NCBI GenBank assembly: GCA_900088475.1
Contig: FLMG01003335.1
Coordinates: forward strand, 30,842 to 94,841
Direction: 5' to 3'
Length of the DNA stretch: 64,000 nucleotides
From: Hyphochytrium catenoides
Taxonomy: Eukaryota > Protista > Hyphochytriomycota
A model generated the notes under the pieces. That model worked only from the letters and a program-made list of their open reading frames with translations. It made no database searches and had not been told where the DNA came from. Positions 12,224-24,222 of this stretch are shown here, one piece after another. Positions within the stretch are counted from its first letter, which is position 1. Every line of letters starts with the position of its first letter. The position numbers and the translations under genes are program-made.

Positions 12224-14226
12224 CTTGGTAGTAGTTATACCGCAGGTGGTGCTCACTTGTGCTGCTGCTTATAGTGTCGATCGGCCGCAAGCCTTGTTGG
12301 TTGATGAATGGGGAGGATGGTGATTCAAGATAGAATGATAATCAGGACCCTTCTCCGTTGACAAGATAGGCAGTCGGCAAGCAAGCTCTTCTGCTCGCTC
12401 CTAAGGGCCTATCAATTGTCTGTCTCTTGTTAAGGAGATTCTACAGTGAGTCGAGGATTTGACACCAATGCTGAGGAGCGGGTAGGGAAGGACGCAGACC
12501 ACCTACGCCTTCTTCCTTCCTGTGCTGCCACGCAGCCCAATAAAGGTGCCCTCTTCTGCTGGGTTGCCAGCCCGTCTTCCTTCCTCGACGTCCGAATAAG
12601 CAGGTTCGTCATCTTTTCTTGATGTAGGCAGCAGCAACGAGGAGGAGGAGGAGGAGAAGAAGACAAATGACAAGCACATAGCCGCTGGCTGTATCGCTCT
12701 CCGAGGATCCAGCAGAAGAGAGCGGATGCAATGATGCTGCTTGCTGCTGGTAGGAACCGGGGGAGCAAGGAAGTACTGGTACTCCATCCTTCTGGTCCAA
12801 TGTGGACAATCTTCAGCAGTCAAAAATTCTCAACAGCCACCGATGGTCACCCTCCGACCCAAGCCCCGGCGCCATTATTGGCTTGAAAGTAGAATAAAGG
12901 TAGGGAGCTTCCTTCCTCCTTCACCGCTCGCCTTGCATCTCCCGTAGACCACTTTATCTTCCTCTGATCCTCTACCTTCTCCTGGTCCCTTTGCTCTTAC
13001 ATTGAGGGAGAGGACGATCGTCAAGCAATGAGAGCGCTTTAGGTTGGACAAGGAGCGGCCTCCGTTGCCCTTTCTGATTTATAATGACGGCTTTCTGATG
13101 TCACATGTAGAACACCCACCAAGAAGGTGTTACTCTTAGACCGATGACCAAAGAGAGAGTGGACGGGAGGACGAAGAGAAAAAGAACGAGGAGGTGTTAG
13201 CGGCTCCGTAGCGTCCAAGACAGACCCACAGCTCAGACATAGACGCAACTTCCCGTCTCCAAAGTCTCAGAAGTCGTCATTCTTCTTGGTCTGAGAACAT
13301 TTATTCGAGGCTGTCAGAGGAAAGACAGAGAGAGAGAGAGAGAGTCGGCATGACCTTGGAGGTTATTGGCCATAGACCTGTCTTACCTACGGGCGGTAGG
13401 TCCTACTTCCTTACAGGGCCCTTATAGTACCGGCGAGGGCCATGAAGGCTCCTTCAGATGGTGTTGGAAGTCACGAACCGCTCCTGCCCTTCCAGCTCTG
13501 ACCATCACTAAAGAAGTCCACCGGGCTAGGACAGCTCCTAAAGTTTATGATGAAAAGACCCACAGGTCCAGTTAGAGGGAAACCTACAGGCCAAAATGGC
13601 TGTTCGTTGGCCTTGTCACACCCTCCACCGGTATGGTCGTTAGCCTCGAACCTTGATGAAGAGAGTCTGTGACGGCAGTACGCTGAATAATGATGAATCT
13701 TTTTATCGGATTTGTACACGCCGAGTGCTCTGGGGGCTTGGCCATTCAGCTTCCTAGTGAGTCTCACCGCTCCCTAGAATTCAACCACATTTCGCCATGC
13801 CCATCGCTCTTGCTGCTCTTGTCCTCTTGCTCTGCGCCCGCGCGCCTGCTAGCTACTTTGGTGCTCGTATCCGCTGCCTGCTAAAGACGTCGCCTCGCAT
13901 TGACTTCGTCCCAAGACAAGAGCTTTCCATGCAAAGAGGCTCAACAAGTGTTGCAGCGACACTGCAACCTCCTCCGGTTATCGATCTCTCGTCATGTCTC
14001 TCTTTCACGAAGGTCTAAGAGTTGCTTGATTGAAGGTAATAGTACCTTGTGCCCTGGTCACTAGAGCTCTACGAAACAAGAGCTTACAGAGCTCTATATG
14101 GACTTCCCAGCAGTGGGACTGCTGCCTTTACTTAGTGTTACCATCGTATGCTATCCTCAATAAAGCGACAGCCCAGCTCATGCAGCAAACTGTTAATCAC
14201 TCCCTTATAATGTGCTTGCATCCTAT

Positions 14227-17200
14227 CTACTTGGTTGGAGTTGGTTTTACACCGCCCGCCACCTTCGCACTTGGCGACGCTTTGCTGGCTGACGGTCCGA
14301 CCTTGGCCTGGACTTTTCTCTCTGGAGTCCGCTTGACCGCTCCTGAGGCTTTAGGTGAGACTTGTGCTGGCGCGGCCTCCTTAGCAACCTTCAGAGTGCG
14401 TGGCGAGGCTTTCGCTTTAGAGGGGTCCTGGACTGGTTTAGATGCACGAGTGGGTGAGATCACACCCCCAGATGCTCCAGCCTTGGCCACACGGGAAGGG
14501 GAAAGAGGAGTAGTGCCCGCCTTCACAGGGGTAGTGCCCGCCTTCACAGATGGTCGCCTGACGGTGTCCGCCGGTGCTTTGCTTCCAGGAAGTGCTTTGC
14601 TGGCAGCTGCAGCCTTACTCACCACGGCAGATTTTCTTGAGGGTGAAGGTGTTCTCTTACTCTCATTGTCACTCTTCCGAGCGCTTACCTTGGGAGAAGA
14701 GGATGGAACTGCGGCAACTTTTGCAGATGGCTTGGACTTTGACGGTGCCTTGGCAGCATTACCAGGAGCTTTCGCCTTACTCGCGTCAGCTTTAGGTGCG
14801 GGACTTGATGACTTTGCTTGAGAGTCGACAATCTTAGCTCTGGAAGTAGATGAAGGGGAGAGAATCTTCTTTTTGTCCGCACTTGGGCTAGGAGACCCCT
14901 TCGTTATTCTTTTCGGAGAAAGAAGAGTAGACTTCTTTTCCTCTGCTGCGGCACCAGACGCCGCTGACCTAGCAGAAGAGAGCAGGGACTTCTTCTGCTC
15001 AACCGCAGATGATGGAGGAGAAACATTTTCATCGGCGGCCGACGAGAGAGGGGCAGTGTTTTGTTCCCCCACAGACGGCACCTTTGCCGGTGAAGCAGGG
15101 GGCACCGTTTGCGTCCGCTCTACATCCTCTTCCTTGCGCGCTGGCTTAGGTTCAACTGGAGAGGCACCGCCAGTTGCACCGCCAGTTGAGGGTTCTGGTG
15201 CAGGAATCGAAGATGCGGATGATGGAGATATTGCTTTGCCCTTGAACTTTCCAGACTCTCCAGGTCCCTTTGGCCCTCCTCCAGCTTTCCTGGTCGCGGC
15301 TTTCTCCTCTGCAGCGCCTTCAACCTACCATCAGAAGAGATGTAAAGCGCTATGACTCAGTTCGCCCAATGGCCGGTCAAGAGCTGTATCTTATCTCCTA
15401 TCCTCTTTGCAGGGTTACTCGTATAACTCGCCTCATACCTAAGCCTTACCTCAAGCTTCTTGAATAATATCTCGCCAATGCTCACGCTAGTGCCTGGAGT
15501 CAGATTCTGAAAGTTGGACTTCAAGTTGCTAATTCCTACAGCAGGCGTGTTCAACCTCTCGAAGATCTTTCCGCTGGCCTCAGGGAGGAAAGGTGAGAGA
15601 AAGTGCGCGATGACGTAGATCGCTTCCAGCACGGAACGCACAATTTGCTGTTGCGCTTCGTTATCCGAGAGGTGCCACGGCTCTTTCTCTGTCAAGTACC
15701 TACGAGCGTCACATGAATGAGAAAAAGTGTCGAGTGCTGTCTGAATGACTGTGATTTGCCCTCAAGATTGAGTTAGGAGCATGCGTAGGATATGCAGGCA
15801 GACATGACAACCGCAATGATCAGTAAATTAATGTAAGTGCGGGCAAGAGTTAGCAACAAGTCAGGAAAGACTAAAAGACGAAGGGGGTTTAGGTCTCCTC
15901 CTTCGCTTTCACGACCTACGCTTATAACCTTACTTATTCGTGTCCTTCGTGGCTTCGACTGCGAACTCCGCAGCCTCTTGCAGCTGGAAGTGAAAGATGG
16001 CTTTGTCCGTCTCGTACGCTAAGCGCTGCACATCGAAGATAGTATCCGGCCTATGGGGAGGGACACAACCTCCACAGTATTTCTTTGTAAGGTTAACCAC
16101 TCGATGGACCAAGTTCCCTGGAGAATAGGGTAGGAAAGGAAGTGATCAAGTTAGCCAGCAGGAATATCACTATCCACATAGAGGAAGCGTGTACTGATAG
16201 TAGCCGAGGTATGAAGCTCAGCAACCCCGATAACACCTCTTAAACGTGGTGCCCTCTAAAAAACATACCAAGAGTGTCCGCTAAGTCTGCATTATGCATC
16301 AAGATCAGGCCGGCCTCAGAGAAAGGCACATCCGCGCCGAAAGGTGATCCTCTCACGACATAGTACCGGATAGAGTCCGCTGCATATTTATTCTGCAGGG
16401 TAGCGTTACAGCGGCATAAGAAGAGGACGAATACGGAGGGGCTGACGAGAGGGGTGCTGAATTCGAAGCAATCGAAGCAACAAAGTGGACTTTAAGGGGC
16501 ATAGAAATTAAGGCTCTAGCTAGCAGGCTGTCCCCATTAGGTTAGAGGATTGAAGGCATAAGCAAATGCGAACCTATAAGGCGTCCAAGGGAGAGAGAGT
16601 AAAATGTGCGCCAGGAAGCAAGAATTTCGTGCTTTCCTGGCGTGTCTCTTGAACAAAGAGAGGCCTCAGCCCTAAAAAATCTATGAGGGAGGCCTTACCA
16701 GTATTTCGTTAGGGTCCACAGTGTTACCCAGGCTCTTGCTCATCTTGCGCCCATCTGCTGCGTTGACAAAACCATGGGCGAAGACAGCACGAGGTAACGG
16801 GATTTCGGCTGAGAGAAGAATACAGGGCCAGATCACAGTGTGGAACCATATGATGTCCTTGCCTACGGGGAAAAAATACTGGGTCATACTCAACGATAAG
16901 CATGCTCGGGCTCCTTAACAGCCTGAAACCTCTTCCTCCTCTGAAGCATACCTTTGTAGGCTATCTCCCTTTCTCTAACTTTCCGACACTATTGACTGCC
17001 TCGTACTCCAAATATTGTCCTTCAAAAACTCTCTCTTACCGATTATGTGCACGACGTTGTCCCACCACTTCTTGCCATCGTCACCGTCCCAGTAGTTGCA
17101 ACCAGTGATGTAGTTTGTCAGAGCATCAAACCAGACGTACATGACATGCCTGAGGATAACAATATTAGGCTACCACGGAGAGCGAAAGCGTTATCTATAA

Positions 17201-19631
17201 CCTTTTATCAGAACCGTGAGTGAAGTGTCTCAGGAGAGGACTGATAACTTACTTTGGATCATTCGGCACCGGCACTCCCCATGAGAAGGTCGTTCGCGAC
17301 ACCGAAAGATCAAGAAGAGGCTCCTCCAGCCTTTTCAAAATGAAGTCACGACGGTGCTCGGGCTGGATAAATTCTGGATTATCAAGGATATGTTGGCGCA
17401 GTTTGTCCTATGGCATTCGCTGAAGTAAGCCCTCAGAGCCAACGTCCGAGGATACACCGAGATTTTTACCTGATACTTGGACATCCTGAAAAAGTAAGAG
17501 GCTTCTTCCATTTTCTTCAATGGCTGACCATACTCATCCTTATAGTCATTTAGTTTCGCCTCACTCTCGGCCACAAACGCCTCCTCTCGGACATTATACC
17601 TAACATCGTGGTACAAAGAGGAGAGGGACATCAAAACGTAAGCATCCAACATCAAAACGTAAGCAATCCAACGTGGCGAGCTCTAAAACACGATAATAGG
17701 CCACTCTTACCATCCTACGTATTTGTCAAGAAAGACATCGCCCTTCTCAAAGCATCTATTCCACATCTTGTGTACAGATGCGTAGTGCTCGGGCTGGGAG
17801 GTCCGGATGTACCTTGAAGGAGGAGGGAAAAGGAACTCTGGTCATTCATGGCAGGACTTCAACGCTCATAACAGAGAGAGAGTCACAACCTCAAATATGT
17901 GTGCATCAGAAAACCTTTCCTTACCGGTCATTAGAAATCCAAAGTCTCGCGTTAAGCTCTTGGAATTTCCCAGCATAAAAATCGCAAAGCTCAATCGGCT
18001 TCTTTCCATCCTTCTCAGCTGTGGTTGCAATCTTCTGCCCGTGCTCATCGGTACCTTGAGAACGAACGCTTCGTTACATTTGAGGAGGATAGCGTAGCGC
18101 TACCTTTACCTCGTTTCCTCTTTGGTTACCGTCTTCGCTCTGAATAAACATCTAGTTTGCTAATCTAAGGTATCCCTCCCTTACTCATCTCCCCATTCGT
18201 TGAACGGCTGTCGTGGTACCTGTAAGGAAGAAGGTCTCTCTCCCGAAGGCACGATGGTACCGAGCGATAACATCTGTTGTTAACGCTTCATACGCGTGTC
18301 CAATGTGCGGAAGACCGTTCGTATAGTTGATCGCTGTGGTCACGTAGAAACGCTCTTGTTGCCTAGTAATGGCCACGCCAAAGGGCAAAATGCGAGAAGA
18401 AATGAACGGGGGTAAGTGGAGCACCGGTACGCCACACTCCCCGCCTTCCCTTTCCCTCTTTAAAGCCAGAGATGAATAGATACGTTAATTCGCCAGCAAC
18501 CTACCGATAGGGCGTGACCTGGTAGATAGATTGTACGGTTTTGGGAATGGCAGTAGCAGCTCTGCTAAAGAAGCTTTGCGCACCAGCCACCTTATTACCA
18601 GCACTCGTCAGCGTGGTAATGTTCTGATAGAACGACACTATGCGGGGGAGGGCCGACAAAGATGGCTGGTCAATACTCTTTGTCGCCTACGTTTGAGGTG
18701 AAGGAGTTAGGTCACCTTAATGGGCGCGAGTTCTAAGGAGGAAAGCTGACTCACTGTTGGGGGAAGCACCATGAACAAGACTGCTGCAATTGCGATATCC
18801 GCGAGCGACAAAGCTCCCTAAGGATGACCATAGTGGAGAGAGAGTCAGGATGACACTACGCCAGGACAGGCTGTATAGGCCAGTAGATTAGAGGACAAAT
18901 AACAGGGTAGGATTTCCGACTTTGTAAAGCAAAAGGTTGGCACAAGCTTGAAGCAGCAGGGAAGAATAACAAGCCAATGCACGTCATGTCAAGTACAGCG
19001 GATGGACTAAAATCTACAAGGGAAACGCACCCCAGCTAAGTGGCCATTGTCCTCTAGCGCTTCCTCTAGAACATGCAACAGTCTCTTGAGATCACCTTCG
19101 CCAGTCTGTCATTCATGCCATTGTCAGTGTCAATACTCATGCTACTTCCGCCGGCTACTTACTGGCTTCCCCTCGAGGAAGGCATTCATGGCAGGAACCA
19201 GCCTGTTGGACGCGAGACATGTCAACTCACTCTCCTTCCTGTCACCACCAAAGGGCAGAACGGACCTTTCTTCCTGCCATTGGAGCCAATGCTCCACCCC
19301 TAGGTCCCAGTGGATTGGGCTCTGCTCCAAGCTTGTGGACGCTACCTCTGCAATGTATCTACACACAGCATTGATGCCCCTGATGCTCGTCTTGCCATAG
19401 ACTGGATCTGGGACACTAAGCCACGTTAACGATCCTAAGGGGTGCTCTGCATCTACATCTAAGGAGGACGTTAACATGGGCAAAGCAAGGTTTCTAACGG
19501 TGATAAACGTCCTTGCACTCACCCTTCGTCAGAATTACTGTGGGCTTGCCAAGAAGCTCTAGCGCCGCCAAGGTAGCTAAGCACTGCCGAAAGCGTTTGG
19601 GCGATGTGTCAGGATGGACGGTGCCGCCCAT
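14227..19631 (-). CDS. MARS: Methionyl-tRNA synthetase: GST-like N-terminal domain, single-knuckle MetRS1-type core, 365-aa S/P/A/K-rich C-terminal tail
   Basis: [21 protein letters not shown] (HIGH), [45 protein letters not shown], and an anticodon domain ([23 protein letters not shown]). The N-terminal NAVCRYIA / HWLQW / SLADIAIA motifs are GST-like. Terminal exon is 15324-14227. The start may be 19667. Confidence 0.93.
17628..17670. repeat. Intronic tandem duplication, ~21-nt unit x2
   Basis: acatcaaaacgtaagcatcca / acatcaaaacgtaagcaatcca inside a MetRS intron. Confidence 0.85.
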
Positions 19632-22329
19632 GCTGGTACCTACGGACTCGTACCTGTATGGCTGCATGAGGCTCCGCGTTCTCTTTGACAACGTATATCT
19701 TCAGTCCTTCCCACATTGTCCTCTTCTCTTAACAATGTCTGAAGTCTGGGCAATCACTTTTTGTTTCTGCGTCCACTTCTTAAACTGTCTGCGTGCAGAT
19801 GAACTCCTTCGGACGATGTCAAACGTACATTTCGCGAGGCTTTGAAGCTTGGTCAGCGACAATGATGACTGCTTGAGAGGGATGGAGCACGAGGAGGACT
19901 GATGGGGGAAAGGATAACTATCGAAAGGGGAGGAGACAGAGCAAGAGGCAGTGCGGCCAGATACAGAGAGAGATAGGTAGTCTAGAAGGGCTAAGCAATA
20001 AAGCGGTACATAGTAGCGGCATTGTCGAGACAGATTGACGGGGGAGAGAGATAGAGCGTGAGAGAGATGGGACAAAGGAACGAGTGAGAGTGCAAATCTG
20101 GCCATAGATGCTGGATCCTCACCGTGGATATCTGGGTCTTTCGGGCGGGACCCAGTTTCTTTCCCACCACTATAAAAATCTCCTTGGGCGATGAATCTTT
20201 CTTTCATGAAGGAATCATTTGAAAAGTAAGAAGGAACCGTTGTTGAACGGTACAACATTATAGATGAAGGTTTCATTAGCTTCATTCGTGGGGGGAATCT
20301 TCGCCCGTTATCGAGGTTGTGATGGACGGATCAGATGGAGATAGATCGTGGGAGGGAGGGAGAGAAAAGTGTTCGTGACAAGCACCTGCGCATGGCCGTC
20401 ACTCTCAACCAGGAAGAAGAAGGTACAACCTGCTGCTAAGAAGAGTGAGCAGGACAACATTTTCCTTGGTGCGTTGGAGGAAGCAAGGATCCTCTAGGTC
20501 TATGTAACCCTTTACTAATGCTGCGCAAGCTTCATCATTCCTCTTCTCAATCATACACATAACATATATAAGAGGTTGTTTCAGCCTTACAGTCTTTTCA
20601 TAGCATCGTGGCGAAGCGTAACAACACACCTTTTTCTAGTGGCTTATGTAGTCTATCTGAGAGGGAAAGAACGCATGATTGGGCCTCCTATTGATTTCAT
20701 AGGCCTTGTTGTTGATTGTCAACATATTCCTGCATTGGCCCTGAGAAGTTATTTCCAAGGGCCTGTTTTTTTCTAAATAACAATCATTCACCCATCCAGA
20801 CGACGGGTCGCTCACGAGAAAAGCTTAAACCGAACGAACAGTGGCGGTCCACCCTAGGTCTCATCCTGAGATTCTCCTGTGATCTACAGACCACTTGCCA
20901 CGTTCAGAAGCTTCTCCTACTTCTATTGTTATATCTGGAAGAGGATATTAGTGTATTCGTTCCTTATCTCCCTTATTACGTCCAAGATCAGAAATTCTCC
21001 AGTGATGCGATGACTGTCTTTTGCAGAGGTCAATTAGGGCGACTGGCATTAGGTCCCTCTTCTTACCCGTGACCTCATGTTGTCTTCAGAAGAGGAAGAA
21101 TAATGGCCCAGAAGCGATTTAGCCCCGGTAATATAGACGGCAATGAAAAAGCATCGGGTCATGACGCAGTAGTAGTAGAACGGGAAGAATACTCTCTTTT
21201 CCTTCAGTTGTCTCCCGCTGCAGCAGTATAAGCTCAACTTAGTGGTTGCCCAAGGCCCCTAGGTCTTCCTGGCACCGAAGTCTGGTCCTTCGTCGGCTGC
21301 ATCCTCCCTTGCTTTAGCGCTCTAGTCAGCGAAAAGCAATTAAGACTCCGTGTTGAGCAAGTTGCAGTGCAGCAGCACTTCCTACTATCTGGGCTGGTAT
21401 TTCTCCTGAAATGGATGGAATAGTCCCATTAGTGTCCGCTCAGCTCTACCTCGAAAGCTCCCTTCTACTCAAAAATGCTGCCCCGTGCGATACGCTCCAT
21501 ATATCCCAGGTAAAACTGCCGTGATTGGTGTTTGATAATAAGACAAGCGCTCCGCCTTTCAATTAGTCCTGGAAGAAGAGAATTCGTAACGATCGCCGCT
21601 CCTTCCTGGCTTCTAATAAGTTATAAACTCCCAGGCTCCTCCTCTATTCAACATGAGAAGCCAATCAAGGTACAGATCGTCATAAGAAAGGAGTCCACGG
21701 AGCAGCTGCAAATGAGGTTTGGTTAGGCTGATTGGCCATCGCCTGTGGGTGAGAACTCAAAGAACGCCACCAAGACTAACATTATTCTTCTGATAGGAAA
21801 CCTTAGCAACTCGCTTTCCTCGCCTCAAGGAGATCCTATTTATTTGTTTGTACAAGGCAAGCTCTTCATCACGAAGATAGCTATGGTCGCTAACGGCTAG
21901 GCGATGAACTTTGGAGTTGTAACCTATCGAAGTATGGGTTTACCTTGTCTCCACCATCAGCGTACTACTACAGCCAGTCAATTAGGTCTTTACTAGTGTT
22001 ACAGATGATAGACAATGCGTATTATTGCGTCCCCCAACCTCACGCCGCGATCCGGCATATAAGAGCAGAATCGGGAGTTCTGACTGTCTGGCTCCCTTCG
22101 TCTTGATGGATCTCCTTCGTTGCCTGCAGCGTCGCAGAGGATTTGTCAGTACCTTGATGAGGACTGAGGACTGAGTGCTCTCCTTTGTAAGGCTCCAGTG
22201 TGGTCAGCTCTAACAGACACTTGGCAGTCTCTTCTAACAGAGTTCATTCTCTAGCCTCCGAGCACGTTGACCAGCGTCTATCTGTGGGTTCATTCCGCTC
22301 CCTAAGTGCCTAACTCTGAACCACCAGCC

Positions 22330-23503
22330 ATGAACTCTGGAAAATTACTACTCTCACGATGTGGCACTGCCTTACAGCCGGTCTCAGCAGCTGTGAAACG
22401 CACTACCCGCACTTCTGTCCTTCCTAGGCGGCTATCTACCTCCAAGGTAAATCAGGGCAAGCCGAGCTCCACCTTTAGGTAGGCAATAGTTACGCGTTGG
22501 GCATGGGGATAGCCTCTCACTAGGTTCCTGATAGTTCCAGAGCTCTCGGTGCTGTCGCTGTGCTGGGTTTAGGTGGAGGTCTGGTGGCTTATGCCGCAGA
22601 GGCTGACCCTCCACCACAGAAGCACATGGGAATGAGTGCGCTTGATATCCCTCTCGGTGACAAGTATCCCCATGTTATCCCGGTCGTGGTAGAATCTATG
22701 CAGGTTAGCCAGTCATTTTCATCTGTACATATCGTGTAGTCTCATCGGCGAGGGTTCACAGGGCTCAAGGGAGAAGTACGAGATGGATGGGGAGCTGCGA
22801 ATGCTCAAGCAAAGGTAAGGAATCTGCTTTACACGTGTGACCGATTAATGTCTAACAACAAATCTTCAGGAGAGTGATCCGCTCTGCAGTATTCTTCCCG
22901 CACAACTACGGCTTTATCCCCCAGACAAAGGTATTCAAGAGCTGCTGCAGAATCCTTGAATCCTAAATCTTACGTCTGCCTTTTGCAACTCCAGCGACGA
23001 CACGAGCAGGAGCCTTTGGACGTTATGATTATGGGTGGAGATCAGCTCATTCCTGGCTGTGTGGTAGATGTAAGGACGCAATCCAGATAAGGCCCACCTA
23101 TACCGATGAAATGTTCACAAGGCCCTTCGCAGGTTCGGCCACTCGGGTATATCATCATGGAGGATGAAGAGGGTATTGAAGAGAAGCTGCTAGCAGTTGT
23201 AGATTCAGATCCGCGTTACAAGAACGTGACGAAACTCCGCGATGTTCCAGAGCATCTATTAAGGGAGATCTCACACTTCTTTGAGACCTACCTTGCCCTT
23301 GAGAACAAGAAGTGGAGGAAAATTGGAGGCTGGAGAGGTAAGTGTAGAGCTTTGATGAGTCTTGACCTCTGTTAAGTGCTCTCTTTTCTGTAGGAACTGA
23401 TGATGCCATTGAGCTCATTGAAGAAGCTCACCTCCGCTACGTCACCTACTCCCAGCAAGTTAACAGAAAGGATGAAGTACGTAGGTTTGCCACTCGGCGG
23501 TAG
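22330..23503 (+). CDS. Family I inorganic pyrophosphatase-like protein with degenerate active site and mitochondrial-type presequence
   Basis: The spliced product contains VVVESMQGSREKYEMD, FFPHNYGFIPQT, EPLDVMI, VRPLGYIIMEDEEGIEEKLLAV, EISHFFETY. The N-terminus is R/S-rich without acidic residues and is followed by GAVAVLGLGGGLVAYAAEA. Confidence 0.9.
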
Positions 23504-24222
23504 ACAAAGAGTGAACGGTTAGGGAAGTAGATGGGCTTATTAGACGGAATCCTCAGTAGTTCTTATTTCGGGCTACACAGTAGTAAAATTTTTAAGCGTT
23601 GTAGCTACTCTCGACTTTCTCGCCCACACCGCCGCACAGTCAGTCATCATAGCGGGCTTCACCCTTCTTCTCTGCTAGTGCACTCGCTCATCTTTGCCCA
23701 AAACTCCCGTGACTTAGACGCCACTCTAGCTCAAGACCTAGAGTAGACCTTTCAACCAGTCAACCTAAGATCTAAGCTTCTTCCTTATCCAATCTTCTTG
23801 CGGGGAGCCGCCGTCATGCTGCCCTCTCATTATTATTTGAACAGTCAGCACACAGCATGTTGATTGTCTTTCTTCATTATCTTGCTGGTAGGCCAGTGCC
23901 GTCAGCCCTCCCCCAGGTGTTGCGCAGAAATAGTTCGGTGATGAGTGTGGTTTGTTGCGGTCAGAAGAGGGCTGCAGATAAGCTGCGTGTGGTCTGCCTG
24001 CAGAGCTCAGCGTCATGGTCGCAAGAGTCAGAGGAGGACGGCGACTGACGGAGTATTTCCTTGCTCAGAACGCATGCGGCACGGCCACGGGAGTTGTGGA
24101 CTCTACCACTAGGTTGGCTGTTTGAGGTGAAACGCGATCGGCGTACCCTCTACTTCACAGGATTTACCGGCATCTGCTGATCAGCAGCTTATAGGGAGGC
24201 AGGATCAACAAAATCTGCCAGG

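Noticed and set aside
13797-14018. Short ORF with signal-peptide-like start
   Set aside because: 73 aa, no supported downstream exon, and it lies in the MetRS 3' region.
14030-15355. Long plus-strand ORFs (263 and 160 aa)
   Set aside because: Antisense shadows of the low-complexity MetRS terminal exon.
19701-21240. Possible spliced minus-strand gene upstream of MetRS
   Set aside because: Splice-like signals exist, but several incompatible frames are possible and there is no recognisable motif. Left unresolved.
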